Source of the DNA: an uncultured Pseudomonadota bacterium | Lineage (GTDB): Bacteria > Pseudomonadota > Alphaproteobacteria > Rs-D84 | Direction: 5' to 3' | Length of the DNA stretch: 64,000 nucleotides | Assembly (NCBI GenBank): GCA_902802115.1 | Contig: CADCKW010000003.1 | Coordinates: 5,637 to 69,636 of the forward strand | Shown here: piece after piece, positions 29,901-39,473 of the stretch | Layout of the letters: every line of letters begins with the position of its first letter | Position numbering within the stretch: position 1 is the stretch's first letter | Notes under the pieces: model-generated | What the model saw: the letters and a program-made list of their open reading frames with translations, nothing else | What the model was told of the DNA's origin: nothing | The model's database searches: none | Made by a program: the position numbers and the translations under genes

Positions 29901-30401
29901 ACATCTCTGGAATCTGTCGGTGACAGAAAACCGGTGCGTATTGCCGCAAATGTTGGTTCGTATTCACGCCGTCGCACAAAAACAGGCAAAGAAATGATTA
30001 CAATTGCCGCGACTGACAGTTTTGGTAATATCGATGCGGTTGCGTTTGGCGATGCGTCCATAGAATTTGCAAATATTTTATCAAAAGAATCTTTGGTTTT
30101 GATATCTGGCAAAGCATCATGTCGTGACGACAGGTTTTCTGTATTTGTTGATTCAATTACACCTTTGTCACAATGGGTTGCCAAGATTGCAAAGAAAATA
30201 ACTTTGGACGTGTGGAACGGTGGCGCCCTGCCCGATTTAAAAAAGACTTTGGCAACATTACCACGTGGTTCAACACGTGTGGTTTTGAATTTACATGGCG
30301 CAGATAAAATCGCCACAATGGTATTACCGGGCGGTGTTGAACTGGGTAATAATACCGCCAGTGATATTTCTGCGTTGGGAATAAAGGTGCAGATAGAATA
30401 A
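26967..30401 (+). CDS. dnaE: DNA polymerase III alpha subunit
   Basis: PHP HLHLHS, GPGRGSGAGS, RISMPDFDVDF, KFDFLGL, YAFNKSHA, OB fold. Confidence 0.98.
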   Translation: MGSFIHLHLHSKISVGNSTISVGANKKAGIPVGIPELCIANNMPACALTDTNMMSGCAELSDVMPANKLQPIIGIEISLNHHTADPKVLRANSLSKIVLLAQNHDGYLNLCELTRIMYMRGENHHLGPYITFDELEPLSNNLICLSGAHLGPIGMAILNSQNDLAKNYAARFQKLFGDRFYIEIQRHGLEDEIKTEPEFLHIAESLNIPIVATNDVCFAAPENYEAMDALSCVLGQTKVIDPGRPRKSSEQYFKSTEQMTELFSDLPEAIENTEIIASRCGFLVNVKEKPLLPKFGDDFEAECQMLRDNTMNGLAARIAEHGITDTKPYYDQAEFELGVIIGMGFPGYFLIVADYIQWCRNNDILTGPGRGSGAGSIVAWCLGITHVDPLKYGLLFERFLNPDRISMPDFDVDFEPTGIEKVLAYICDKYGHDSVCRIITFGSLQARGAIRDIGRVYGIPYSKSDRLSKLIPADAKKLKEAVDSSPEMQEVLAADADMDKVVKIAEELEGSIRNLGQHACGVVIGDRPTTKIAPVYRDPSNPLPSSQYDGHYLEATGLIKFDFLGLETLVVLKHAVKLIQQTRGINVDLDKIPTDDDVTLKLWQRGLTEGIFQFDAPFVKQTLRKMQPTSFLEISALNALNRPGPIAFIPQFIARMHGEEKIEYVHPKAEPILKESYGIIVYQEQVMLLTRALANFTRGESDTVRKAMGKKKLDLLAKLEVKFLDGCEEQGTLDRETAKDLWEKFKEFAKYAFNKSHAIAYSIVANQCAYLKAHYTPEFIAAAMSSNLNDTDQLALFVDDAKSNFGIQIVAPDINESESLFTVKDGKIVYALAAIKGVGTAATDAIIAERNANGKFKNLTDFAKRCAPIMNKRILEAFAKVGVLDSLEKNRAAIFMNADMILSYASKSKDSGNSLSLFANTTQDDVMENRLQSNLPKTEPWTFSQRLENELSALGFYISAHPLDQYKNLIAREKLVTSTSLESVGDRKPVRIAANVGSYSRRRTKTGKEMITIAATDSFGNIDAVAFGDASIEFANILSKESLVLISGKASCRDDRFSVFVDSITPLSQWVAKIAKKITLDVWNGGALPDLKKTLATLPRGSTRVVLNLHGADKIATMVLPGGVELGNNTASDISALGIKVQIE

Positions 30402-31246
30402 TGAAACATATACCTGTTCTGTTAAATGCCGTCATGCGTGAATTAGGCGATTTAAATGGTCGCCATGTTTTAGATGCAACGTTTGGCGCAGGCGGTTATA
30501 CGCGTGCTTTTTTAGATGCCGGTGCATCAGTCGTTGCGTTTGATCGTGACCCAAATGTTATTGCGGACGCAAATGCAATCGCACATGATTTTGGTTCGCG
30601 TTTCCGTTTTATCGCCAAACCTTTTTCGGCAATGGCGGATTTAGATGAAAAATTTGATGCTATCGTTTTTGATTTAGGCATTTCATCTATGCAAATTGAC
30701 ATTGCAGAACGCGGATTTTCGTTTCGTGCAGATGCCCCATTGGATATGCGTATGTCTGGGGACGGATTATCTGCGGCAGATTTAATTGAACAATCGAGTG
30801 TTGCCGAATTAACCCAGATTTTGCGTGATTTTGGTGATGTAAAAAAGGCAAATGTTTTAGCGCGCGCCATAATACAGGCAAAACCCAAGACCACATTTGA
30901 ATTACGCGATTTAATTTATAATCCACATGATGTTGCGCCTGTGTTTCAAGCACTGCGTATTGCGGTCAATGATGAACTGGGCGAAGTAAAACGTGCTTTG
31001 ATGGCGGTTCCACAAATGTTAAACCCAAATGGCAAATGCCTGGTTGTGACATTTCATTCAATCGAAGACAGGTTAATCAAAAATATTTTACGCAATTTAA
31101 CCACTGTGCCTGGCAATCCACTGATACCTGTTGCCGCAAAAACTCAATATGAATTGATACATGCGGTCACCCCAGATGATACAGAGTTAAAAAATAATCC
31201 GCGTGCGCGGTCTGCACACATGCGCGGATTTAAAAAATCATATTGA
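30401..31246 (+). CDS. rsmH: 16S rRNA m4C1402 methyltransferase
   Basis: HIPVLL, DATFGAGGY, DLGISSMQ, RGFSF..PLDMRM, FQALRIAVNDEL, NPRARSA. Confidence 0.96.
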   Translation: MKHIPVLLNAVMRELGDLNGRHVLDATFGAGGYTRAFLDAGASVVAFDRDPNVIADANAIAHDFGSRFRFIAKPFSAMADLDEKFDAIVFDLGISSMQIDIAERGFSFRADAPLDMRMSGDGLSAADLIEQSSVAELTQILRDFGDVKKANVLARAIIQAKPKTTFELRDLIYNPHDVAPVFQALRIAVNDELGEVKRALMAVPQMLNPNGKCLVVTFHSIEDRLIKNILRNLTTVPGNPLIPVAAKTQYELIHAVTPDDTELKNNPRARSAHMRGFKKSY

Positions 31247-31296
31247 CCGTCGTGTGCGATTTAGTGTAATATGAACAAAAAAAGGAAGAAAGGAAT

Positions 31297-31788
31297 ATGA
31301 AAAAATTATTAGCAATTTTATTTGGTGTCGGCGCAACATCAAATGCGTTTGCAAATCCGGCATGCGCGGTTTGCACCGTTGCAATTGGTGCAACGCTCAC
31401 AATATCCAGAAAACTGGGGGTATGTGATAATGCGGTTGCAATTTGGTTGGGTGCATTTTTGGTTATATTGGGATATTGGGCAATTAAATGGTTTGATAAA
31501 AAGAACTGGCATTTTTGGGGTCGTGATACGATTTTGATGTTGTTGTCTTTTTCCATGATTGGTGGATTATATATAAATCAATTACATTACAGTCCATGTT
31601 ATTGGTTTATTGATGCGTTTTTATTCTGGGCAATTGTTGGCGGTGCAATTTACATAATATCACAGAAACTGTATGAATATATGAAAAAGCGCAACAATAA
31701 CCACGCACATTTTCCATTTGAAAAAGTCGTGCTGGCTTTGGCTATGTTATTGATTGCCAGTATATTTGTTTCCAAGTTTTCAATTTAA
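31297..31788 (+). CDS. Hypothetical multi-pass membrane protein with an N-terminal CxxC
   Basis: Signal-like leader, NPACAVCT, several TM helices, HFPFEKV. Confidence 0.75.
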   Translation: MKKLLAILFGVGATSNAFANPACAVCTVAIGATLTISRKLGVCDNAVAIWLGAFLVILGYWAIKWFDKKNWHFWGRDTILMLLSFSMIGGLYINQLHYSPCYWFIDAFLFWAIVGGAIYIISQKLYEYMKKRNNNHAHFPFEKVVLALAMLLIASIFVSKFSI

Positions 31789-31814
31789 ATAAAAAAACAA
31801 TAAGGACACACAAA

Positions 31815-32423
31815 ATGAAAAAGACAGATAAGAAACTGACTATGCAAGAAATGATTGAAAAAGTTGATGCCGCAAAAAAGGCTAATCCGTTGGATTTGTC
31901 GTCCGACCAAGATTTGTCTATTGCGTTGATGAATTTGATTTCTTTGGAAGAACATTTCTTTTTCAGCGGCGCAAAAACAAAAAAGCCTGGGTTTTATGAT
32001 TTGTTAAATACTGTGCGTTCAATGCGCAAAGAACTGATGGAACGCATCGTTGATAAATCGTCTGTCGAAGGTGGCGAAGTTTGGTGTATTTCTAAACATT
32101 TGTTGGCGGCATCTATGCGTTTAATGGAGGTTGGGACCAAGGCTTTGGGTGCCGGCAAAAAAGATGACGCAGTAGAAATGTTTGAAAAATCTTATGATTT
32201 GTATTCTTTGTTTTGGGGATTAAATATGCACTTGATTGATTTAGGCGAAGTGCATGAATCCATACCTGAATTTTATGATGGTGCGTTGGCGGCATGCAAA
32301 ATGGACGCACCCAAGAAATCTGCAAAGGTAAAAACGGTTGCAACGAATACAGACGCATCAAAATCAACAGTTAAACGTTTGGGTCAATGGGTTAAGAAAG
32401 CGGTAAATTGTTGTATCGAATAA
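31815..32423 (+). CDS. Hypothetical helical protein with EEH, WCISKH and C-terminal CC motifs
   Basis: AAGGA RBS, co-oriented with the previous gene, 202 aa. Confidence 0.75.
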   Translation: MKKTDKKLTMQEMIEKVDAAKKANPLDLSSDQDLSIALMNLISLEEHFFFSGAKTKKPGFYDLLNTVRSMRKELMERIVDKSSVEGGEVWCISKHLLAASMRLMEVGTKALGAGKKDDAVEMFEKSYDLYSLFWGLNMHLIDLGEVHESIPEFYDGALAACKMDAPKKSAKVKTVATNTDASKSTVKRLGQWVKKAVNCCIE

Positions 32424-32479
32424 TTTGGTGTTGATTTGCATTTCGCAAAAATGTTATAATGCACACAAGAGAGAATAAA

Positions 32480-34894
32480 TTGAAAAAACATATACTAAAA
32501 GTTTTCTGTGGTTTAATTGTAATGGCAACTGTGACGGACGCATTTGCGGCCCAGGTTGCGCGTTCGGGTGCGGCACCGGAATCTGTGCGTTCGGTTGGTG
32601 CGACCACACGTGCGTCAAAACCGACGGTAAATCCGCGTTCGGGCGCAACACGTGCGACACGCAATGTTGCGGTACGGACGGCTATTACACCCGCCAAAAC
32701 GAATCGTGAAGCGACCAGTCCATTGACACGTGCCCGCAATATTATCAGCAAGGCCGGCAACGAAATTATAAATCATGCATGGGGGCTGTCACGTTCGGCA
32801 ACAACAACGTCTGCGCGCGTGGCAAAAAACACAACACCTGCACGTTCAGCGGCGGTTCCAACATCGGCATCGCGTGCGCGTGCAACCGCAGTGTTTAGCG
32901 ATACATCTTTGTTGGGTGAAAATTATAACAATTGTCGCCAGGCATATAATACATGTATGGATCAATTCTGTGCCGGTGCAAACGAAACATACCGCAGATG
33001 TTTTTGCAGTGATGGTTTCCGCACCCTGCGCGATAAAGAAGAGGCTTTGGACGCGGCAACGGCAATGTTATCGCAATTCGAAAGTAATAATTTGAACGCG
33101 GTTGATAAAACCGCCGAAGAAGTCAATGCAATGTATTCTGCGACCGCGGGCGAAATGGCTATTAAAAAAGATACATCGGCATCGGCGGCATTGTTGAACG
33201 ATATTGGCGATTTGTTGTCTGGCAAGAAAAAACCTGAAACCAACAAGTCACAAACATCATTGTCGGCTTTGGATTTTTCGGTTGATTTGGGCGATATATG
33301 GGCTGACAATTCGGCAACATCGATATTTGGTGGTGGCGAATCCAAAGATTTGGCATCTATGGAAGGAACCGAATTATATAATAATGCACACAGCCAATGT
33401 ATGCAATTAATCGGCAATACTTGCGAGGCTGGCGCGGTGAAAAATATGGCAAAGAGTGCATATAGCATTTTAATCACCCAGGATTGCAACGCATATCAAA
33501 AGAAATTAGACACAAAAACAGAACAGGTAAAATCAACTGTGCGGACGGCAGAAAAATATCTGCGTGAAGCCCGATTGGAAGAATACCGCGCCCACAATTC
33601 AGCCGATGTTAATGAATGTTTGGACAAGGTTGAACAGGCTATTTTGGCACCAACGGCATGTGGCACAGATTTTGTAAAATGTTTGGATTATTCCGGTGTT
33701 TATATCAATTCCAGCACCGGCGAGGCAATTTATTCACCACGTTTGTTTAAATTAAATGAATTGATTATTTTGGACGGAACATCGGCTGATGTTTTGTCGC
33801 AAAACCCGGAATTTAATAATTTCTTGGATTCGAAACGCGTGTATGCAAAAACGGCACTGGATTCATGTCGCGATTATGCCGATACGGTTTGGACTGAATT
33901 CAAACGCAATGCGTTGATTAAGATTTCCCAGGCACAAGACGAAAAGATTGAAGAAGTCAAAATGTCTTGCGTTTCCACAATGAAGGAATGTTATGATACA
34001 CAAAGTGGTGCATTGAAAAGTGTTGATGACACCACCGCCCAGGCATCTGGGGCATTGGCGGCGCGCGCGTCACACGACATGTGCGGTGACAAAGTGTTGG
34101 CATGTGCGACTTTATATGGCGATGTCGATGGTTGTTCGATTGATACAAAGACAAATAAAGTGACCGCAAAAAATGGCAAAAAGTGCGGTTTGACATCTTT
34201 GTTAAATTTTGTAAATGCGGTTGATGATACCCGTATTGCCGAAGGTTGCGGCGCAGCCGTTGAAAATTATTTAAAACAGTTATGCACACCATCATCGGGG
34301 GACGAAGGATACCCTTGGAATTGCCGGTCGAGAAATTTTGGAGATACAACTAATTTTACCAATACTCAAAATTGGAATTACAAAAAGAATGATAATTCGT
34401 CGTTGGTGCAAATGGTTGTAAATTATGCATTTGAAAACTGTGGGGAACCAAATGGAACGGACTCTTATAAATTGACCGAATCACGTGCTTTGAACGAGGT
34501 TGTGATGCAGTTGGAAACTTTGCAACAAAACCTGTCTGATATGTTGGCACAAAAATGTGATGACGTTAATGGTATTTGGTTCTTTGCAAATCAAGCAACA
34601 ACCGCGGAATCTGCACCAAAGTTAAAAGCTTTTTATTCTAATGTCTTTAATGGACGCGATACGAACACAGAAACATCTTTGGGTATATGTTATGAAAATA
34701 CAACCAGGACTCAATGCTTGAATTATAATACAACAGGCGAAGCCAATGAAGCAAAAGATGCCGGAGCGGGCGATATGGCTCGTTATGATGCGGCACGTGA
34801 TGAATGCGTCTTTACAGACGCTTGGTACGCGATGAAATGCACAAGTCTTGGTGGAATTTGGGAAAATTCTATGTGTTATTACATAAAAGATTAA
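32480..34894 (+). CDS. Large secreted Cys-rich hypothetical protein with an Ala/Arg/Thr/Ser-rich N-terminal region
   Basis: TTG start after TTGATT-N18-TATAAT; signal peptide (DAFA-A); repeated C-x6-CMDQFC-type motifs. Confidence 0.75.
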   Translation: MKKHILKVFCGLIVMATVTDAFAAQVARSGAAPESVRSVGATTRASKPTVNPRSGATRATRNVAVRTAITPAKTNREATSPLTRARNIISKAGNEIINHAWGLSRSATTTSARVAKNTTPARSAAVPTSASRARATAVFSDTSLLGENYNNCRQAYNTCMDQFCAGANETYRRCFCSDGFRTLRDKEEALDAATAMLSQFESNNLNAVDKTAEEVNAMYSATAGEMAIKKDTSASAALLNDIGDLLSGKKKPETNKSQTSLSALDFSVDLGDIWADNSATSIFGGGESKDLASMEGTELYNNAHSQCMQLIGNTCEAGAVKNMAKSAYSILITQDCNAYQKKLDTKTEQVKSTVRTAEKYLREARLEEYRAHNSADVNECLDKVEQAILAPTACGTDFVKCLDYSGVYINSSTGEAIYSPRLFKLNELIILDGTSADVLSQNPEFNNFLDSKRVYAKTALDSCRDYADTVWTEFKRNALIKISQAQDEKIEEVKMSCVSTMKECYDTQSGALKSVDDTTAQASGALAARASHDMCGDKVLACATLYGDVDGCSIDTKTNKVTAKNGKKCGLTSLLNFVNAVDDTRIAEGCGAAVENYLKQLCTPSSGDEGYPWNCRSRNFGDTTNFTNTQNWNYKKNDNSSLVQMVVNYAFENCGEPNGTDSYKLTESRALNEVVMQLETLQQNLSDMLAQKCDDVNGIWFFANQATTAESAPKLKAFYSNVFNGRDTNTETSLGICYENTTRTQCLNYNTTGEANEAKDAGAGDMARYDAARDECVFTDAWYAMKCTSLGGIWENSMCYYIKD

Positions 34895-34907
34895 GGGAGC
34901 TAATAAT

Positions 34908-35999
34908 ATGACTTTATATGGTAGAATGTATTATTGGTGTTTATTGTTGGTTGTTACGTTTATTCCTGGCGTATCATTTGGATATACCCCGAAAATGGGT
35001 TCATCTATGGCATGTTTTGTTACAGACCGTTGGTGGCCGGATACAGATTCTTTCTATTATTGTGGCAGTCAAAGTACCGGATGCGCGGGGGTCAGCCAAG
35101 GCAAACACGATACACCGCATTGGTATACAAATGGGGAAAGCTTTAACGGACATTACTGTTGTGGTGGAACGAATTCTGCTAGTGGTAAGTGGGTGGCAGG
35201 AAGTAGTTGGGAAACAGGCAGTTCTTACACAGTAAAAAAAGATTTGGGTGATGGAAAAACATGCAATCAAACAAGAATAAAGACGATATGCGGCACAGAG
35301 AAAGTAAAAACAGATTGTAATGAACCTGATGGTTGTACTGCGGGATTGATATTTCGTAAAGTCGCATCTGCCAGCGGAACCACATCAGGATCCTCAACTA
35401 CAGGCGTGTGCGTGGCACCATGTGCATCTGGCAACGCGTTTGAGTCAGATACTTCTGTGACTTGTATAGAATGTCCAACGACTAATTATCAAGGAATTAG
35501 TAATGAGGTTTGTGTAAAATGTGATCCAGCAACACAGTTTTTTGTATATGATAAATCTGATGGCGATGTTCGCACAGGACGTTGTATTTCAAAGAACGAT
35601 ACCACAAAGGTTTCAACATATTCAAAAACTGATTTACAATACGGACAAAACAAAACAATAAATACTACGACGGTAAAACAATCAGACACAGATGCAACAA
35701 AGACTGTTGCCTGTTGGGTGTATTCGAACACAGATGAATATAAAAACTGCGTAATAGGTTCTGCTGGCATATCTAATTCTGGGGGGGGGGGTAGCTCTGC
35801 CGGTTCGAACACCACTGGTAATAATAGTCAAAAATACCTTAGTGCATATTGGAATGGACAACTTGTTTCTGGGGGAGATAAAGCAATAGACGATTTATTA
35901 TCTAGCTGGGACGATTCAAAGGGAACATTAGTAATAAATAAAACAGATGGTTCAAAAACAGTAAAAACACCCCGATTACAAAGAAAGAATAGCAATTAA
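34908..35999 (+). CDS. Secreted Cys-rich hypothetical protein containing a G11 tract
   Basis: GGGAG RBS, signal-like N-terminus, CIECP and CVKCD motifs. Confidence 0.7.
   Translation: MTLYGRMYYWCLLLVVTFIPGVSFGYTPKMGSSMACFVTDRWWPDTDSFYYCGSQSTGCAGVSQGKHDTPHWYTNGESFNGHYCCGGTNSASGKWVAGSSWETGSSYTVKKDLGDGKTCNQTRIKTICGTEKVKTDCNEPDGCTAGLIFRKVASASGTTSGSSTTGVCVAPCASGNAFESDTSVTCIECPTTNYQGISNEVCVKCDPATQFFVYDKSDGDVRTGRCISKNDTTKVSTYSKTDLQYGQNKTINTTTVKQSDTDATKTVACWVYSNTDEYKNCVIGSAGISNSGGGGSSAGSNTTGNNSQKYLSAYWNGQLVSGGDKAIDDLLSSWDDSKGTLVINKTDGSKTVKTPRLQRKNSN
35781..35791 (+). repeat. Poly-G (G11) homopolymer tract within a CDS
   Basis: TCT GGG GGG GGG GGT AGC. Confidence 0.9.
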
Positions 36000-36083
36000 T
36001 GATTCTTTTATCCTTATCGTTAGATAAGGATTTTTTATACATATTATATTTTATATTTTTGGTGGGGTGGGATATTGCTTGGT

Positions 36084-36123
36084 AAGTCCCCTTGGGGTAT
36101 GACAAACCAAGGGGGCTTTTTTT
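36084..36123. terminator. Hairpin terminator between convergent genes
   Basis: AGTCCCCTTGG...CCAAGGGGGCT followed by a T tract. Confidence 0.6.
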
Positions 36124-36159
36124 ATTTATGAATTTATTCCTAATAACAGTTCAAAAAAA

Positions 36160-36633
36160 CTATACCAGCATATTTTCTGGATTTATATCTGATATGGATT
36201 GTTCTTCGGTGACAGATACTTTGTCGCCTTGGGATAATGCAGATAATATATCCATGATTATTGTGCGCTGTTTATTATTTGGTAATTTCCAATACATGTT
36301 TATCAACCGCAATGTTTCGGTTTTGCCCATTGGATCATTTTCATCAGGCGAACATACACGATGCGATTTTGTCGCCTTGGTTTCTTCGGGTAAATTGCCC
36401 GGCAATCCCATAAAGAAAAATGATACAGGCGTTTCCAATGCACGACTGACCTGGAACAAACGGACCGCAGATATACGGTTCGTCGCAGATTCATATTTTT
36501 GTATCTGTTGGCATGAAACACCACATTTTTCACCTAAATCTTTCTGGGACAATCCCAACATCATGCGACGCAGTTGAATACGCGATGCAATATGTTCGTC
36601 AATTGCGCTTTTTACATATTCTTTGCCAGCCAT
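36160..36633 (-). CDS. XRE-family HTH transcriptional regulator
   Basis: RIQLRRMMLGLSQKDLG...QQIQKYESATNRISAVRL. Confidence 0.9.
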   Translation of the reverse strand: MAGKEYVKSAIDEHIASRIQLRRMMLGLSQKDLGEKCGVSCQQIQKYESATNRISAVRLFQVSRALETPVSFFFMGLPGNLPEETKATKSHRVCSPDENDPMGKTETLRLINMYWKLPNNKQRTIIMDILSALSQGDKVSVTEEQSISDINPENMLV

Positions 36634-36743
36634 TTTTTACCCTTTGGTTTTATGTTAATTTGATTAGATTCTTTATAATATTTTTTTGTTGGTTTTGCAA
36701 TAAAAAACACTTATAATGTGTCCGCTAGAAATGGAGGATTTTA

Positions 36744-38219
36744 ATGAAAAAACCGTTAGTTTTATGTATTATGGACGGTGTGGGAATAAACGATGCCCAA
36801 GAACATAATGCTGTTAAATTGGCAAATATGCCCTATTTTAACTCTTTGTTGGATAAATATCCACATTCTAAATTGCGTGCCGATGGCGAATTTGTTGGCT
36901 TGCCAGAGGGGTTGATGGGAAACAGCGAGGTCGGTCATATCACAATCGGTTCTGGTCGTGTCGTGCGACAATATCTGTTGCGGTTCGAACAAGAAGATTG
37001 GGCAAAAAATAAAAAATTAAACGATTTTATCGCATCTGTTCGCAAAACGCATGGTATTGTGCATTTTGCGGGTTTAATGTCAAATGGCTGCGTCCATGCC
37101 AGCATCAATGATGAATTGAAAATTATGAAATATATTTTAAATTCAGGACTGCGGGTTTGTATTCATTTTGTCGCCGATGGTCGTGATGTCGCACCAAAAT
37201 CTGCACAACAATTTGTTGATTTAATCAAAACAGAATTAGCCGAATTTTTGCCTGATTCACGCGCATTTTTTGGAACTTTGTCTGGACGGTATTGGACAAT
37301 GGACCGTAATAAAAATATGGACAGAACCGAACTGGCTTTTAATGCAATCGCGCGGGCAAATGCTGAATTTAACGCACCAGACATCGATACCGCATTGCGT
37401 GACGCATATGCACGTGGTGAAACCGATGAATTTATCAAGCCAACCATTATAACACCAACCCCCATTACCGAATGCGATGGTTTTTTGTGGGGTAATTATC
37501 GTTCCGACCGGTCACGTCAAATTGTGCGCGCAATGGTTCAATCAAATATCGGTATGAAAATTTTGTGTTTTTCACAATATGGTGAAGGGTTAAATGAATT
37601 GTGCCCTGCACTGATTGATGATGAAATCCACATCAATTCTTTGGGTCAAGTTCTGGCGGCGGCCGGAAAAACACAGTTACGTATTGCCGAAACAGAAAAA
37701 TACAATCATGTGACTTATTTTTTTGATATTGAACGCAACGATGATTTAAATGGTATGAAAAAAATATTAATCCCATCACCAGATGTCGCAACATTTGATT
37801 TAAAACCAGAGATGTCGGCAATCGAAGTGACAGATACTTTGTTGGCCGAATTACCAAATTTCGATGTTGTGATTTTGAATTGGGCAAATGGCGATATGGT
37901 TGGACATACCGGGGTTGAACATGCGGCAATACGTGCCATGGAAACATTGGATACACAGTTGGCGCGCTTGGTGCCGGCGGTATTGGATTTGGGTGGCGCA
38001 ATATTAATTACCGCCGACCATGGAAATGCCGAAGAAATGTGGGATTACAAAAATAATGTGCCATGTACATCGCATACAACAAACCCTGTGAATTTTATTG
38101 TTGTTGGTTTGGGTAATATTGCGGTCGCGGACGGTGGGTTGGCTGACATTGCGCCAACAATGTTGAAAATTTTGGATTTAGAAAAACCTGACGATATGAC
38201 CGGACACAGTTTAATATAA
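36744..38219 (+). CDS. gpmI: 2,3-bisphosphoglycerate-independent phosphoglycerate mutase
   Basis: CIMDG, MGNSEVGH, DGRD, AETEKY.HVT, DMVGHTG, TADHGNAE. Confidence 0.97.
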   Translation: MKKPLVLCIMDGVGINDAQEHNAVKLANMPYFNSLLDKYPHSKLRADGEFVGLPEGLMGNSEVGHITIGSGRVVRQYLLRFEQEDWAKNKKLNDFIASVRKTHGIVHFAGLMSNGCVHASINDELKIMKYILNSGLRVCIHFVADGRDVAPKSAQQFVDLIKTELAEFLPDSRAFFGTLSGRYWTMDRNKNMDRTELAFNAIARANAEFNAPDIDTALRDAYARGETDEFIKPTIITPTPITECDGFLWGNYRSDRSRQIVRAMVQSNIGMKILCFSQYGEGLNELCPALIDDEIHINSLGQVLAAAGKTQLRIAETEKYNHVTYFFDIERNDDLNGMKKILIPSPDVATFDLKPEMSAIEVTDTLLAELPNFDVVILNWANGDMVGHTGVEHAAIRAMETLDTQLARLVPAVLDLGGAILITADHGNAEEMWDYKNNVPCTSHTTNPVNFIVVGLGNIAVADGGLADIAPTMLKILDLEKPDDMTGHSLI

Positions 38220-38220
38220 A

Positions 38221-38245
38221 AAAACCGCCCGATTGGGCGGATTTT
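38221..38245. terminator. Bidirectional terminator
   Basis: AAAACCGCCC-GATT-GGGCGGATTTTT. Confidence 0.65.
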
Positions 38246-38667
38246 TAATAATTTTTACAATCACGAAACATATTTGGGTGCAAATATAATGTTTTTTGTT
38301 TAGCCTGTTTAGATGTCAATTTATTCTGTCCCTTGCCCAAACTTTCCGCCTTGCACTGTTTGCACTGTTGTTTTTTATGACGCGCATGGGTCGTTTTTTG
38401 GTGTTCGCAATAAACACAATCGTCATCAGATTCCAGATGTTTTGAACATTGTTCTTTTTTTACCTGTTCAATTTTCGCCTGTTGTTTTCTGCTTTGTGTA
38501 TCTACCACGGCGGGAAGACCGACAAACAAGAAAAATATACTCGCAAAATATAACCAGTATCTGGCCGGAAAATCCAAATCGCCCCCATGGGCATTTATGT
38601 TGCTGGATTTAGGGGAATCACCACCAATACGCCACCAAACACCATTTACAGGAAATCTTTTTGCCAT
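38245..38667 (-). CDS. Hypothetical single-TM protein with two CxxC motifs
   Basis: AAGGAG RBS at ATG 38667; TM helix; CVYC and CKQC. Confidence 0.6.
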   Translation of the reverse strand: MAKRFPVNGVWWRIGGDSPKSSNINAHGGDLDFPARYWLYFASIFFLFVGLPAVVDTQSRKQQAKIEQVKKEQCSKHLESDDDCVYCEHQKTTHARHKKQQCKQCKAESLGKGQNKLTSKQAKQKTLYLHPNMFRDCKNY

Positions 38668-38728
38668 AAATACTCCTTTGTTATATTCAGTATAAGTATA
38701 ACACAAAATTGTCAAATTGTGTATTTTT

Positions 38729-38986
38729 TTATCTTTGTTTTACACCAAATAATTGTTGAGCAAAACTGTCTATTACATACGCACCATGTTCTATGTTTTG
38801 TCTTGGAATTGTATCAATATTGTTGGTGTGTTTTGTTGTGTCGTTTTTATCTGGTGTGTTTTGTTGTGTTGGAGAACTGGACACAATTGCAGCAACCATT
38901 AACAACGCAACAAATATTGCAATTCCATCGCCAGAACCTTTGTTTTGTTTGTTTGGTATTTTTTCAAACCTATTATCTTGCGCCAT
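38729..38986 (-). CDS. Small hypothetical single-TM protein
   Basis: Starts 2 nt after the tadA stop with AAGGA upstream; hydrophobic IAIFVALLMVAAIV. Confidence 0.55.
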   Translation of the reverse strand: MAQDNRFEKIPNKQNKGSGDGIAIFVALLMVAAIVSSSPTQQNTPDKNDTTKHTNNIDTIPRQNIEHGAYVIDSFAQQLFGVKQR

Positions 38987-38988
38987 TA

Positions 38989-39438
38989 TTATTTTCCTTT
39001 TCTGCATTTTTTAAAAAAATCCCGTAATAAAGTGGCAGACTCAATCGCGTATTCAGGCATTTGAACTATGTTTGGGTGCCACAAGTGTTTATCCGTTTCG
39101 AAAACACGCGCGTTTGATGTTATGCCACCGCCCTTAACATCCGTTGCCGCAAAATATATGTTTTTTATACGCGCAAATGATATCGCCGTCGCGCACATCG
39201 CACATGGTTCCAAAGATACATAAATGTCGCAATCGTCCAAAAATTTTGTTCCTAATTTTTTAACCGCCCTGTTTATCGCAACAATTTCAGCATGCAAAGT
39301 TGGATTTTGTTTCTTTTGAACCATATTTTCACCACGCGCAATAATTTTGCCATTGCGCACAACAACCGCGCCGATTGGGACATCGTCGTGTGCGAATGCG
39401 CGCTGTGCTAAAATAATTGCTTGATTCATAAAGTCCAT
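38989..39438 (-). CDS. tadA: tRNA adenosine deaminase / nucleoside deaminase
   Basis: VPIGAVVV, HAE, LEPCAMC zinc-binding motifs. Confidence 0.9.
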   Translation of the reverse strand: MDFMNQAIILAQRAFAHDDVPIGAVVVRNGKIIARGENMVQKKQNPTLHAEIVAINRAVKKLGTKFLDDCDIYVSLEPCAMCATAISFARIKNIYFAATDVKGGGITSNARVFETDKHLWHPNIVQMPEYAIESATLLRDFFKKCRKGK

Positions 39439-39473
39439 GTTGTACAGTTTAACATATGGATTCAAAATTGCAA
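39421..39473. promoter_or_regulatory. Overlapping divergent sigma70-type promoters for probable leaderless rsmD and tadA mRNAs
   Basis: Plus strand TTGATT-N16-TACAGT-N7-ATG; minus strand TTGCAA-N16-TAAACT-N7-ATG. Confidence 0.6.
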
